This document shows, piece after piece, positions 22,541 to 32,956 of a stretch of DNA of 64,000 bases; positions within the stretch are counted from its first letter, which is position 1; each line of letters opens with the position of its first letter. Source of the stretch: an uncultured Methylomirabilota bacterium. Its GTDB lineage: Bacteria; Methylomirabilota; Methylomirabilia; Methylomirabilales; 2-02-FULL-66-22. The notes under the pieces were generated by a model. That model worked only from the letters and a program-made list of their open reading frames with translations, did no database searches and was not told the origin of the DNA. The translations under genes were made by a program, and so were the position numbers. The stretch is taken from contig CAWJSJ010000002.1 of assembly GCA_963845565.1 (NCBI GenBank), positions 2,432,001 to 2,496,000 of the forward strand. The letters are read 5' to 3'.

Positions 22541-23591
22541 ATGTGCACACGCGAGGTCTGGCTCGTCCGGCGCGCCGGGTCGCTCGACCGGTTGGCGCGG
22601 CATACCGAATCGCTTCCCGATCCGGGGCCGGACGAGGTGCGGGTCGCCATCGAGGCGATCGGCCTCAACTTCGCGGACCTCTTTGCCTGCCTCGGGCTGT
22701 ATTCCGCGACACCGGCGGGCGCCTTCGTCCCCGGGCTCGAGTGCGCGGGCGTGGTGGAGGCCACGGGATCGGGGGAACCTCGGCGGCGCGGCATCGCCCC
22801 AGGCGATCGGGTCATCGGGTTGACTCGTTTCGGTGCGTATGCCACGGCCGTCAATCTTGACGTGCGATACCTGTTTCCGGTCCCGCCAGGGTGGAGTGTC
22901 GTCGAGGCAGCCGCGTTTCCGGTTCAGGCCCTCACGGCCTGGTACGGATTGATCGAACTGGGCGGGCTCGCGCCCGGCGACGCGCTCCTCGTGCACTCCG
23001 CGGCGGGCGGGGTGGGCCTCAACGCGCTCCGGATCGCCGAGGCGACCGGCGCGCGAATCATCGCGACGGTGGGGCGCCCGGCCAAGCGCGATTTTCTGGT
23101 GGAGCGCTGCGGGCTCGCACCCGCCCAGGTGATCGTGCGGGATCGCCGCGGTTTCGGGACGCAACTCGACGATGCACTCGCGGCTCTCGACGTCGACGGC
23201 CTCGACGTCGTCCTCGACGCGATCGCGGGCCCCTTCTTCCGGCCCGCGTACGAGCGATTGCGGCCTGAAGGGCGCCTGGTCCTCTATGGCGCCGCCGATC
23301 TGATGCCGAAGCGGGCGCGGCCGGATTATCTTCGTCTCGCGCTCAAGTACCTGGGCCGCCCGCGGCTGGACCCGCTCCGGATGATCGCGGAGAACAAGAG
23401 CGTGATGGCCTTCAACCTGATCTGGCTCTGGGACCGGGTGGATCGTTTGTCCCAGGCGTATGGCGCGTTGTCCCGTCTGACGCCCCAGTCCGCCGTTCGT
23501 CGGCCGCCGTTTCGCCTTCGCGGACGCGCCTGCGGCGCTCCGCTACCTGCAGAGCGGGGCGAGCATCGGCAAGGTGGTACTGGAGGTCTGA
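22541..23591 (+). CDS. Zn-independent MDR oxidoreductase (VAT-1/quinone reductase-like), frameshift near 23490
   Basis: GLNFADL, PGLECAG, VHSAAGGVG; the C-terminus FAFADAPAALRYLQSGASIGKVVLEV is in another frame. Confidence 0.8.
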
Positions 23592-23828
23592 GGTGGGACG
23601 AGGACACCCTACGTGTGTTGTCCGGCGCGCTGTCTCTCGGCTCGAAGGGCACATGCGGTGACAGCCGGGAGCCCGCCCAGCCAGAGGAAACAGTCGCCCG
23701 GCGACACGGCGGCGATGGGTGCCTTGATTCCCAAGGCACGCCTTTTCTTACGGTGCGTCCCAAATGTTGTCGTCTCTCGCCTGAGAGGATAGAGTCGGAA
23801 AGCGGCAAGGAAGCGGAGGAGGGGAAGG

Positions 23829-24416
23829 ATGTGGTCGCGCATCATCGGCTTCGCGGGCGCCGGGCTGGCGCTGGCTGTGTCGGCCATCGGCCCAACCGGG
23901 GCGGAGGAACCGGCCTGGGACGCGTTACGCGGCGGCGGGCAGGTCGTGCTGATCCGGCATACGTCGACGGTGGCCGGTCTCGGGGACCCACCCGGCTTTC
24001 GTCTGGACGACTGTGCCACGCAGCGCAACCTCTCCGAGGCTGGGCGCGCCGAGGCGCGTCGGATCGGGGCCGCCTTTCGGCGGCGCGGGATCCCGGTCGC
24101 CCGAGTCCTGTCCAGCCGTTGGTGCCGATGCCTGGAGACGGCCCGACTGGCGTTCGGGCGCGTGGAGCCCTGGCCGGGTCTGGACTCCTTCTTTGACGAC
24201 CGCGGCCGCGAGCGGGAGCAGACGCGCGCCGCGCTCGCCCTGATGGCCGAGCCGCATGCCGGCGGGAACCTGGTGCTGGTCACGCACCAGGTCAACATCA
24301 CCGCGCTCACCGGGATCGTCCCCGCGATGGGCGAGTTGGTCGTGCTCACGCCGCAAGCGGGCGGAACCGCACGGATCGCGGGCCGTCTTGGCCCGGCGGA
24401 GTTGGCCGACCGCTGA
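23829..24416 (+). CDS. Secreted histidine phosphatase family protein
   Basis: Signal peptide, VVLIRH, CATQRNLS, SSRWCRCLETA, VLVTHQVNI. Confidence 0.85.
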   Translation: MWSRIIGFAGAGLALAVSAIGPTGAEEPAWDALRGGGQVVLIRHTSTVAGLGDPPGFRLDDCATQRNLSEAGRAEARRIGAAFRRRGIPVARVLSSRWCRCLETARLAFGRVEPWPGLDSFFDDRGREREQTRAALALMAEPHAGGNLVLVTHQVNITALTGIVPAMGELVVLTPQAGGTARIAGRLGPAELADR

Positions 24417-24477
24417 GCGTATCGCTGAGTGTCCTGTGGAGGGTCAAGACCCTCCCCGGTCTGGGAGAGTGAACGGC

Positions 24478-24987
24478 ATGAGTCAACAACATGGTCGCGG
24501 GCCAGAGTTCGATGCCGAGACGGTCGGTTCCGGAGCGACGGACTCCACCTTGCCGGAGCGAATTCGGCAGGTGGTGCAGGGGGAGCCCTACGCGGTTCTC
24601 TCCACCCAGGGGGACGGGCAGCCCTACGCCTCCATCGTGGCGTTCGCGATGGCGGACGACTTCCGGACCGCGGTCTTCGCCACCCCCATCGCCACGCGGA
24701 AGTATCGCCTCTTGACGGGCTGCGATCGCGTCGCGCTCTTGATCGATAACCGCTGCAAGCATCCCGATAACATGATGCGGATCGAAGCCATTACGGCGAC
24801 GGGTCGGGCGATTCCGGTGGAGCGGGACGCGAGCTTCGACCGCTGGTCACGCGTCCTGTTGGCGAAGCACCCGCATCTTGCCGGGTTTGTCGCCTCGCCG
24901 TCCGTGGCGTTGTTTCGCATCGAGATCCTCCGTTTCTTTCACGTCGAGCGATTCCAGGAGGTGCACGAGTGGCGGCCCGGAATGTGA
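24478..24987 (+). CDS. Pyridoxamine 5'-phosphate oxidase-like split-barrel protein
   Basis: YAVLSTQGDGQPYASIVAF, FATP..TRKY, VALLIDNR. Confidence 0.85.
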   Translation: MSQQHGRGPEFDAETVGSGATDSTLPERIRQVVQGEPYAVLSTQGDGQPYASIVAFAMADDFRTAVFATPIATRKYRLLTGCDRVALLIDNRCKHPDNMMRIEAITATGRAIPVERDASFDRWSRVLLAKHPHLAGFVASPSVALFRIEILRFFHVERFQEVHEWRPGM

Positions 24988-27230
24988 GAGGGATCATCCC
25001 GCTCGCCGACGTGACGACTGCGGTCGAGCCATCCGTGGGTGGCAAGGCGGCCCGGCTGGCCCAGCTGATCCGGGCGGGCTTCCGGGTCCCACCGGGGTTC
25101 TGCATTCCAGTGGCGGGCTACGACCGGTTCGTCAAGGCGGCGGACCTGGCCACCGTGGTCCGGCTGGCGTTGGGGCGCAAGCCGCTAGAGGCGATGCGCT
25201 GGGAAGAGCTCTGGGACACCGCCCTTCGCATCCGGTCGGCCTTTCTGGCGGCGCCCATCCCAACCCCGCTGGCCGCCGCCATCACCGGGGCCGTGGAGGC
25301 GCTGGGGGCCGGCGTGTCGCTGGCCGTTCGGTCGTCGGCGCCAGGCGAGGACTCGGCAACAGGAGCCTTTGCGGGGATTCACGAATCGGTGGTCGGTCTG
25401 ATCGGGGGGCCGGCGGTGCTGGAGGCGGTGAAGGTGGTGTGGGCCTCGCTCTGGTCGGATGCGGCCCTGCTGTACCGGCGTGAGCTGGGACTGGATCCCT
25501 CGCGAAGCCGGATGGCCGTCTTGGTCCAGGCCATGGTCACCGAGGACCGCTCCGGCGTCGCCTTCGGCCGCGACCCTCGTGAGGTCGAGTCCCGGCACGC
25601 CATCGTTGAGGCGGTCGCCGGCCCCTGTGGGGATCTGGTAGACGGGCGGGTGGATCCCGACCGGTGGATTCTGGATCGGTCGTCTGGCACAGTCGTCGAG
25701 TGGCGGCTCGGGGCCAGGGTGTCCGGCGCCACAGGAGAGCCGCTCTTGGCCGCCCCGGATTTGTCGGCACTGCATCGGGCCCTGACAAGCGTCGAGGCGC
25801 TCTTCGGTTGGCCGCCGGACGTGGAGTGGACCGGCCGGGCGCCTCGGCTGACGCTCCTGCAATCACGACCCATCACGACGGCGGGTCCCGCCGAACCAGG
25901 CGACAAGCGGGCGTGGTATCTCACGCTGCGACCGGGCCCTCGACGTCTGCGCGATCTGAAGAAGCGGGTCGCGGATGAATTGATCCCGGCGCTGGAGGCG
26001 GAAGGGGAGCGCTTTGCGGCGGAGGATCTCACGCGGCTCGACGACGCGGCGCTGGCGACGGCCGTCGAGACGCGCCTTGCCGCGCTGGAACGCTGGAGGC
26101 AGGTGTACGAGGAGGCCTTCATTCCATTCGCCCACGGGGTGCGACGCCTCGGCCAGTACTACAACGATGCCGTCCGACCGCGCGACCCGTACGAGTTCGT
26201 CGGTCTCCTGCGGGGACAGCGCATGCTGGCCTCTCAGCGGAACCAGGCGCTGGCGGATCTGGCGGGGATGGTTCGCGGGCATCCGGAACTTCGGGGAGCG
26301 TTGGCAGGGGCGGAAGGGCCGGACGCGCGACTTCAGGCGGCCCAGGCGGTCAGCGGTGGGGAAGCGTTCGTCCGGGCCTTCGAGGATTGCATGGCCCGGT
26401 TCATGGACATCAGCTACCAGGGCGAGCGACTGGGCGACCGATCCGACGCCGCCCTGGCCGGGGTGCTGGAGCTGGCCGCGGGGGACGGGCCGCGGGCTTC
26501 GACCGGCCCGGACGCCGCCTCCCCGGATGAGGCCGCGACGCTTGAGCGTCGGCTCCTGGAGGCAGTGGCGGAAACGCATCGGGAGGAGGCGCAGGAGGCG
26601 ATCGAGATCGGGCGGTTGAGCTGGCGGCTGCGGGACGACGACAACATCCTCCTGGGGCGAATCGAGAGCCAGCTGCTGCGCGCGGTGCGCGTGGGCGCCG
26701 ATCGCCTGCGGGCGGCGGGCCGGCTGACGGGGGACGTGGTCGGAGAGGAGACGGCGGGCGAGATCGTCAAGGCGCTGCGCGATCCGGGGCGGCGGGTGGT
26801 CGCGCTTTCGCCCCCTGCGGCGGCGGCGATCCCCTCGCCGATGGCTGCCGGAGAGACGCCGCGCCAGCTGGTCGGCCAGCCTGCCGCGCCGGGCCTGGCC
26901 ACCGGACGCGTCCGCCGAGTGCGAGGTGCCGCCGATCTGGCGCGCTTTCACGCGCGGGAAGTGCTGGTCTGCGATGCCATCCAGCCGACGATGACGCATC
27001 TGGTGCCCCTGGCGGCTGCGGTGGTGGAGCGGCGGGGCGGCATGCTGATCCATGGTGCCATCATCGCGCGTGAGCTGGGCATTCCGTGCGTCAACGGCAT
27101 CGCCGATGCGGCAGAGATCCTGGCGGACGGGGATCTGGTGACCGTGGATGGTCACCTGGGGATCGTCACGGTCGGGGAGCCGGAGTTTGACCTGGAGCGT
27201 CATGCGGCTGGGCCTCGGCCCGCGGGCTGA
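24984..27230 (+). CDS. PEP/pyruvate-binding domain phosphotransferase (PPDK-N plus C-terminal His swivel domain)
   Basis: VGGKAARL, AVRSSAPGED, DVEW, LLQSRPIT, RGGMLIHGAIIARE. Confidence 0.85.
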   Translation: MRGIIPLADVTTAVEPSVGGKAARLAQLIRAGFRVPPGFCIPVAGYDRFVKAADLATVVRLALGRKPLEAMRWEELWDTALRIRSAFLAAPIPTPLAAAITGAVEALGAGVSLAVRSSAPGEDSATGAFAGIHESVVGLIGGPAVLEAVKVVWASLWSDAALLYRRELGLDPSRSRMAVLVQAMVTEDRSGVAFGRDPREVESRHAIVEAVAGPCGDLVDGRVDPDRWILDRSSGTVVEWRLGARVSGATGEPLLAAPDLSALHRALTSVEALFGWPPDVEWTGRAPRLTLLQSRPITTAGPAEPGDKRAWYLTLRPGPRRLRDLKKRVADELIPALEAEGERFAAEDLTRLDDAALATAVETRLAALERWRQVYEEAFIPFAHGVRRLGQYYNDAVRPRDPYEFVGLLRGQRMLASQRNQALADLAGMVRGHPELRGALAGAEGPDARLQAAQAVSGGEAFVRAFEDCMARFMDISYQGERLGDRSDAALAGVLELAAGDGPRASTGPDAASPDEAATLERRLLEAVAETHREEAQEAIEIGRLSWRLRDDDNILLGRIESQLLRAVRVGADRLRAAGRLTGDVVGEETAGEIVKALRDPGRRVVALSPPAAAAIPSPMAAGETPRQLVGQPAAPGLATGRVRRVRGAADLARFHAREVLVCDAIQPTMTHLVPLAAAVVERRGGMLIHGAIIARELGIPCVNGIADAAEILADGDLVTVDGHLGIVTVGEPEFDLERHAAGPRPAG

Positions 27231-27255
27231 TGGAGCAGCCCATCGAGGGGTGACC

Positions 27256-27363
27256 AGGAGAGCGGGGGCGCATGTCGTCGTCGCGGACATCCAGGGCGGT
27301 CAGGTCGAAGAGACCGCGCTGCGCGTGGCCGCCGAGACCGGTCGGCGGACGCTGGCGGCGCCG
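27256..27363 (+). pseudogene. Short fragment of an SDR dehydrogenase
   Basis: GAHVVVADIQGGQVEETALRVAAETGRRTLA resembles the SDR beta2-alphaC region, with no start and no continuation. Confidence 0.5.
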
Positions 27364-27563
27364 ATACGCCTGGGGGGCGGCGGCGCTGGACGCGCTCGGC
27401 GTGTCTGCCGAGGAGGCCCCGGGCCGGCTGCTCCGCTCCCGGAGCACTCCCGCGCGTTGCTCGCCCATATCGGGACCGCCTGTGATAGGATGCACGCCTG
27501 GAAAGCGCGAGGCTGTCCGGTACTCGACGTCGAATGAGGCGGCCTGCCCGAGCGGAGGATTCC

Positions 27564-28595
27564 ATGCGAGTGGCCAGAGTCATGGCGCCGAAGGTGATGC
27601 GGCTGGATGACGCGCCGATCCCATCGCCGAAGCCCGGCGAGGCGCTGGTGCGGATCACGGCGATCGGCATCTGCGGCTCCGACCTGCAGTACTACACGCA
27701 GGGCCGGATCGGCGAATTGGAGTTCGGCGCCGGCCACATCATGGGGCACGAGATCGCCGGGGTCGTGGAGGCGCTTGCCCCGGGGACGGATGGCCCGCCG
27801 CCCGGGACGCCGGTGGTCGTGGACCCCGCGATCGCCTGCGGCCGCTGCCGGTTCTGCCTGGCCGGCGATCCGAACTTCTGCGAGACGCTCCGGTTCGTGA
27901 GCAGCCCCCCGTATCCCGGTGCGTTGCAGGAGTATCTCGCGCACCCGGCCTCCTTCCTGCTTCCCGTCCCGCCCGACTGGTCCCCGGCGACGACGGCGAT
28001 GCTGGAGCCGCTGGGTGTGGCGCTCCACGCCGTCGATCTCGGGCATCTCTCGGTGGGGGACGCGGTGGCGGTCTTCGGCTGCGGCCCCATCGGGCTCATG
28101 GTCGCGCGCGTAGCGCAGCTCTCCGGTGCGCGCCTCGTCTGTGCATCGGAGCCCTTGCCGCACCGGCGCGCGGTCGCATTGCGATTCGGCGCGGCGGCGG
28201 TCTTCGACCCAGCGGATGTGGACGTCGTGCGGGAGATCAAGGACCGCACCGACGGATACGGCGTGGACGTGGCCTTCGAGGCGGCCGGGAGCGAGGCGGC
28301 CACGATCCAGGCCATCCAGGCCCTGCGCCCCGGGGGCACGCTGGTCCTCCTGGGCTACTGGACGCAGGACCGGGTGGCCATCCCGGGCATCAGCGCCATG
28401 CGCAAAGGGCTCACCGTCCGTTTCGTCCGACGCATGAAGAACACGTTCGACCGGGCCATCGATCTCGTGCGGCGCGGCCAGGTGGACGTCCAGAGCCTGG
28501 TGTCGCACGAGTTTCCGTTGGAGCAGACGGCCGAGGCGTTCGTGCGCGCCGAGCGGCGCGCACCCGACGTGATCAAGGCGGTGATTCGCCTGTGA
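27564..28595 (+). CDS. Zn-dependent sorbitol/L-iditol dehydrogenase-like protein
   Basis: GICGSD, GHEIAG, CGRCRFC...C, GCGPIG. Confidence 0.9.
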   Translation: MRVARVMAPKVMRLDDAPIPSPKPGEALVRITAIGICGSDLQYYTQGRIGELEFGAGHIMGHEIAGVVEALAPGTDGPPPGTPVVVDPAIACGRCRFCLAGDPNFCETLRFVSSPPYPGALQEYLAHPASFLLPVPPDWSPATTAMLEPLGVALHAVDLGHLSVGDAVAVFGCGPIGLMVARVAQLSGARLVCASEPLPHRRAVALRFGAAAVFDPADVDVVREIKDRTDGYGVDVAFEAAGSEAATIQAIQALRPGGTLVLLGYWTQDRVAIPGISAMRKGLTVRFVRRMKNTFDRAIDLVRRGQVDVQSLVSHEFPLEQTAEAFVRAERRAPDVIKAVIRL

Positions 28596-28621
28596 CTCAA
28601 CGCATGAAGAGGGGATGCGAC

Positions 28622-29320
28622 ATGACCGGTCCCGGGACGAGTCTGGTGCGACGGGGCGAGGTGCAAATCAAGACGGCGAGCCTGGAGCGCGTGGAGGCGG
28701 TCCGGGAGACGCTGGAGTCGCGGGCCTGGGTGACGGTCGCGATGGGCCCGCCGGACCGCGCCGCGATCGCGACGACCCGCCTCGCGTTTCTCAACCACAT
28801 GCTGGACCACATCGCCTATCGTGGGCGCTTCAATCTCTGGGGGAGCATTGAGGAGATCCTCGTGGAGGGGGCGCCGTCCGGAGCGCCCTCCCGCCTGCTC
28901 GATCACGTGATCTGTGAGGACCTGGGGGCCACGCTGGGCGGGGCGCTGGGACGGCTCTTCGTGGAGCAGAGCGCGACGGTCGGCGTCAACGGCTGCGGGG
29001 TCGGGGTCGCCACCATTGACGAGGCGGTGACGCGGGTCGTGCTGAGCGTCGAGGGGCGGCCGGGGTTCTTCTTCGCGAACGCGACCGGAAGCATGCCGGA
29101 GCGGGTCGAGGACATGTTCTGCTGCGACCTCCTGAACTTCCTGGAGGGTCTGTCGCGCGGAATGGAGTGCACGCTGCACGTGGACCTCCTCAAGGGGCGG
29201 GATCCGCACCACATGTGGGAGAGCGCGTTCCGGGCGGTGGGAGAGGCGCTGCGCGAGGTCTTCGGCCCCTGCGAGCGCCGGAAGGGGCTCGTCCCGGGCC
29301 TCAAGGGAACCAAGCGGTAA
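28622..29320 (+). CDS. Divergent imidazoleglycerol-phosphate dehydratase (HisB)-like protein
   Basis: FLNHML, DHVICED, IDEA, DPHHMWES, PGLKG. Confidence 0.75.
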   Translation: MTGPGTSLVRRGEVQIKTASLERVEAVRETLESRAWVTVAMGPPDRAAIATTRLAFLNHMLDHIAYRGRFNLWGSIEEILVEGAPSGAPSRLLDHVICEDLGATLGGALGRLFVEQSATVGVNGCGVGVATIDEAVTRVVLSVEGRPGFFFANATGSMPERVEDMFCCDLLNFLEGLSRGMECTLHVDLLKGRDPHHMWESAFRAVGEALREVFGPCERRKGLVPGLKGTKR

Positions 29321-29462
29321 ACGTGGTGAGGGGCGTTCAGTCCGAACGTTTCCGCCGGGCGTCGGTGGTCCGGAGGACACGCCGGGTAGGTCGTGGCGAG
29401 AGCGCTGCGAGGTGTGCGTTGAACCGTGACGGCAAGACGACAATTAACGAAAGGGGGCGCCC

Positions 29463-30158
29463 GTGTTGACGGTTCCTGAGCTGGCCCAGATGATCGATCA
29501 CTCCGTCCTGCTGCCTCAGCAGACCGAAAAGGATCTTGAGGAGGGTGTCGCGCTGGCCTGCACGTACAATGTGAAGTGCATGGTCCCGAAGATCTTCCAG
29601 ATTCCCCAGGCCAAGAAGCTCCTGGCGGGATCTGCAGTGCGGCTCTGCGCGCCCATCGCCTTCCCGCAGGGACTGAACCCCCCGGAGGCCAAGCGATACG
29701 AGGCGGAGTGGGCCCTCCAGCAGGGGGCGGTCGAGCTGGACATGGTGATCAACATCAGCGCCCTCAAGTCCCGCCTGTACGATTTCGTGGAGCGGGACAT
29801 CGCCGGTGTGGTCGAGGCGGCCAGCCGGTACGGGGCCCCCGTCAAGGTCATCCTGGAGACCTGTCTCTTGACCGACGAGGAGAAGGTGGTGGGGTGCAAG
29901 ATCGCCGAGCGGGCGGGCGCCGGGTTCGTCAAGACCTCGACAGCGACTCAGCCGGGCGGGGCGACGGTGGAGGACATCCGGTTGATGCGGGCGACGGTGG
30001 GCCCGAAGGTGGTCGTCAAGGCATCCGCCTATGTCACCGATATCGAGAAGACGCTGGCGCTGTACGAGGCCGGGTCCCGACGCTTCGGCACGGGCTACAC
30101 GAAGGCGATCCTGGAGGGGCTCAAGAAGAAGCGGGCCGAGGCGGGTTTACCGGTATAG
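29463..30158 (+). CDS. deoC: Deoxyribose-phosphate aldolase family protein
   Basis: MIDHSVL, ELDMVIN, KVILET, FVKTST; atypical KASAYV and RFGTG. Confidence 0.85.
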   Translation: MLTVPELAQMIDHSVLLPQQTEKDLEEGVALACTYNVKCMVPKIFQIPQAKKLLAGSAVRLCAPIAFPQGLNPPEAKRYEAEWALQQGAVELDMVINISALKSRLYDFVERDIAGVVEAASRYGAPVKVILETCLLTDEEKVVGCKIAERAGAGFVKTSTATQPGGATVEDIRLMRATVGPKVVVKASAYVTDIEKTLALYEAGSRRFGTGYTKAILEGLKKKRAEAGLPV

Positions 30159-30305
30159 CAGACCATCGGGTACCCATCCGAGGGGTGGGTGAGGGCCATC
30201 CGCGGAGACCCATCCTCGTCACAAAGGCCGCGATCCGCCTGGCCCTCCGGCCCACCCCGGTCCGCAGCCCGCCCGCCGAGGCGTCATCGCGGGGGAGACC
30301 ATTCC

Positions 30306-31328
30306 GTGAGGCCGCGCGTCCTGCTGAGCATCAACGTCACCACCGAACAGGTGGCGCGCCTGGAGCACGCCGCCCCGGGCGTCGACATTGTGAGCGCGCC
30401 CGGCGGCATCGCCCTTCATCCCCCGACCGACCTCGACCGCATGGAGCCCACCTGCCCGGCGTACCACCCCGATCTGGACCTGGCGCCGCTGCTGGCCTCC
30501 ATCGACGGCATCGTCGCCTATGATCTGCCAACCGATCTTCCGGTCCGCGCGCCCCGACTGCGTTGGGTGCAGGTCCTTCACGCCGGCGTTGACGGCGTCT
30601 GGCAGCCCTACCTGGCCGACCCCGCGCTCGCCGTCACCACCGTCAGCGGCACACACCCGATCCCCATGACGGAGTTCGTGCTCAGTCTCCTGCTCTACTT
30701 CAGCAAACGGCTCGACCGGTTTCGCGCCCAGCAGGAGCGGCGCGAGTGGCGCAAGGCGGTCGTCGACGAACTCCACGGCGCGACGGTCGCCATCGTCGGC
30801 TACGGCACGATCGGCGCGGCGCTCGCCCAGACGCTGCACCCGCTCGGCATGCGCGTCATCGGGGTCCGCCGCACGCCGGACGGCGACGCACCGCTGCCAC
30901 CGTGGCTGGTCGCGCTTCACGGCCCGGAGTCGCTGGCGTCGGCGTTGGCAGACGCGCGCTTTGTGGTCAGTATCCTGCCGCGCACGCCGGAGACGGAGGG
31001 CTTCTGGACCGACGCGACCTTCAACCACTTGCCGCGTGGGGCGGTCTTCATCAACGTTGGCCGCGGCCGAACGGTCGACGAGCCGGCACTGATTCGCGCC
31101 CTCGACGACGGCCGGCTGCGGGCCGCCGGGCTGGATGTCTTCTCGGTCGAGCCCCTGCCCGCCGACAGCCCGTTGTGGGGGCGCCCGGATGTCCTCGTGG
31201 TTCCGCACACCGGCAGCGAGACCATCCACTACACGGACCGGGCGCTGGCCATCGTGGCCGACAACCTGGCCCGCTTTGCCGCCGGGCAGCCCCTCCGCAA
31301 CGAGATCGACAAGCACCTGCGCTACTAG
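30306..31328 (+). CDS. D-2-hydroxyacid dehydrogenase
   Basis: GYGTIG, FINVGRG, AGLDVFSVEPLP, VPH. Confidence 0.9.
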   Translation: MRPRVLLSINVTTEQVARLEHAAPGVDIVSAPGGIALHPPTDLDRMEPTCPAYHPDLDLAPLLASIDGIVAYDLPTDLPVRAPRLRWVQVLHAGVDGVWQPYLADPALAVTTVSGTHPIPMTEFVLSLLLYFSKRLDRFRAQQERREWRKAVVDELHGATVAIVGYGTIGAALAQTLHPLGMRVIGVRRTPDGDAPLPPWLVALHGPESLASALADARFVVSILPRTPETEGFWTDATFNHLPRGAVFINVGRGRTVDEPALIRALDDGRLRAAGLDVFSVEPLPADSPLWGRPDVLVVPHTGSETIHYTDRALAIVADNLARFAAGQPLRNEIDKHLRY

Positions 31329-31507
31329 CTGCGCCGGGGCCGCGGTCTCAGACGCGTTCGCCCCAGTACGTTTTCACCGTCCGGAAGATGCGCCGTGGCC
31401 ACTTGCACGGATCGCCGCCATCCGGGGAAATTGAGCCGGTGCGCGGTCTGCCATCCGGATCCGCGTGAGCGGTCTGGCCGACATTGGGCGCTCCACAGCC
31501 CATCCAA

Positions 31508-31557
31508 AACACCACCGCCCCCACCGGAAGAGAATCCCGGAGGGGGCGGTGGTGTTT
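31508..31557. terminator. Hairpin between convergent genes
   Basis: AACACCACCGCCCCC...GGGGGCGGTGGTGTT inverted repeat. Confidence 0.65.
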
Positions 31558-31572
31558 ATGCGGAAGGGGTCG

Positions 31573-31678
31573 TTAGGAGCCGTTACGAAATAATCTATAC
31601 ATCTCTTTCTATTTCGTTACGGCTCCTTATGCCGTTTCGGAATGTCTCCGCTCAATTTATTCTTTGACAACGGCTTAC
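31573..31678 (+). repeat. MITE-like repeat family A, copy 3
   Basis: Near-identical to the other copies; terminal TTA is the sod stop codon. Confidence 0.9.
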
Positions 31679-32277
31679 TTCGCCTTCGCGAGATTCCCCG
31701 CCACGAAGTCCCAGTTCACCAGGTGGTCCAGGAACGCCTGCACGAAGTCCGGACGGCGGTTCTGGTAATCGAGGTAGTAGGCGTGCTCCCAGACATCCAC
31801 GGTGAGCAACGCGGTCTGCTTGCCCGCCATCGGCGTGTCCGCGTTGGCCGTGCTGACGATCTTGAGGGTGCCGCCTTCCGTCACCAGCCAGCCCCACCCG
31901 CTGCCGAACCGGCCGACGGCGGCCGCCTTGAACTGCTCGACGAACTTGTCATAGCTTCCGAAGGTTCCGTCAATCCGGCGGGCCAATTCCCCCTGCGGCC
32001 GTCCGCCGCCGGCCGGCTTCATACAGCTCCAGAAGAAGGTGTGATTCCATACCTGGGCTGCGTTGTTGAACATGCCGACGCGTGACGCATCGCCCGCCGA
32101 GGCCAGGATGATCTCTTCCAGGGACTTCCCCTCGAACGGCGTGCCTGCGATCAGCTTGGTGAGATTGTCCACATAGGTCTTGTGGTGTTTCCCATAATGA
32201 AAGCTGATGGTCTTGGCGGAATAATGCGGCTCCAGCAGGTTGTCGGCGTACGGAAGCGGGGGCAATTGGATGGCCAT
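31675..32277 (-). CDS. sodB: Superoxide dismutase (Fe type)
   Basis: HYGKHH, FNNAAQVWNHTFFW, DVWEHAYY. Confidence 0.93.
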   Translation of the reverse strand: MAIQLPPLPYADNLLEPHYSAKTISFHYGKHHKTYVDNLTKLIAGTPFEGKSLEEIILASAGDASRVGMFNNAAQVWNHTFFWSCMKPAGGGRPQGELARRIDGTFGSYDKFVEQFKAAAVGRFGSGWGWLVTEGGTLKIVSTANADTPMAGKQTALLTVDVWEHAYYLDYQNRRPDFVQAFLDHLVNWDFVAGNLAKAK

Positions 32278-32524
32278 GGCTCTTCTCCTCTCCTGGTTGG
32301 GTCCTGAGACGCTGGCGCGAGGCGTCCGGTGCCGTCACGTTGCCAAAGCATAACTCCGGTCCGATCCGTCCCGCAAGGGAAATGGCGTGAAGGGGTGTTC
32401 GGAAAGATTCGCTTGGTATCGCGAACGGCTCTCGATACAATCCCTCGCGGTACGCGCCTGCACCTCGGTGCAGCGTTTCGATAGGGGGCCCACCGCGTCA
32501 TTCGACCGAAACACGGGAGGCGTC

Positions 32525-32956
32525 ATGATCACTCGTCAGGCGTTGAAGTTGAACTGGGACGGGACGAACCGGATCCTGCAGGCGGCGGTCCGGAAGGCGG
32601 AGGAGATCGGCGTGCCGATGAGCATTGCCGTCGTGGACGAGGGGGGGCACCTCTTGGGCTTCGTGCGAACGGACCAGGGGAAGGCGCACAACATCCCCAT
32701 GGCTCTCGCCAAGGCGCGGTCGGCGGCCTTCAAGCAGATTCCCACGGGAAAGACCGGCACGCTGGGGAATCCCCTGGACGATCACATGGCGATCGCGCTG
32801 ACTCTGGCCGGGGGCCCGGAGAATTTTGTGACGTTCAGCGGCGGATTCCCGATCCTGCTGGGGGGCCACTGCGTGGGCGGCGTCGGGGTGAGCGGCGGAA
32901 AGGGCGAGCAGGACATCGCCGTGGCGCAGGCCGGGCTCGAGGCCCTGGCGGGGTGA
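32525..32956 (+). CDS. GlcG/HbpS family heme-binding protein
   Basis: SIAVVDEGGHL, AKARSA, GGFPI, GGVGVSGG...D. Confidence 0.88.
   Translation: MITRQALKLNWDGTNRILQAAVRKAEEIGVPMSIAVVDEGGHLLGFVRTDQGKAHNIPMALAKARSAAFKQIPTGKTGTLGNPLDDHMAIALTLAGGPENFVTFSGGFPILLGGHCVGGVGVSGGKGEQDIAVAQAGLEALAG

Noticed and set aside
21494..24196. 900-aa ORF in the ORF track
   Set aside because: Artefact: an off-frame GC-rich extension joined to the real MDR gene, whose frameshift removes its stop.
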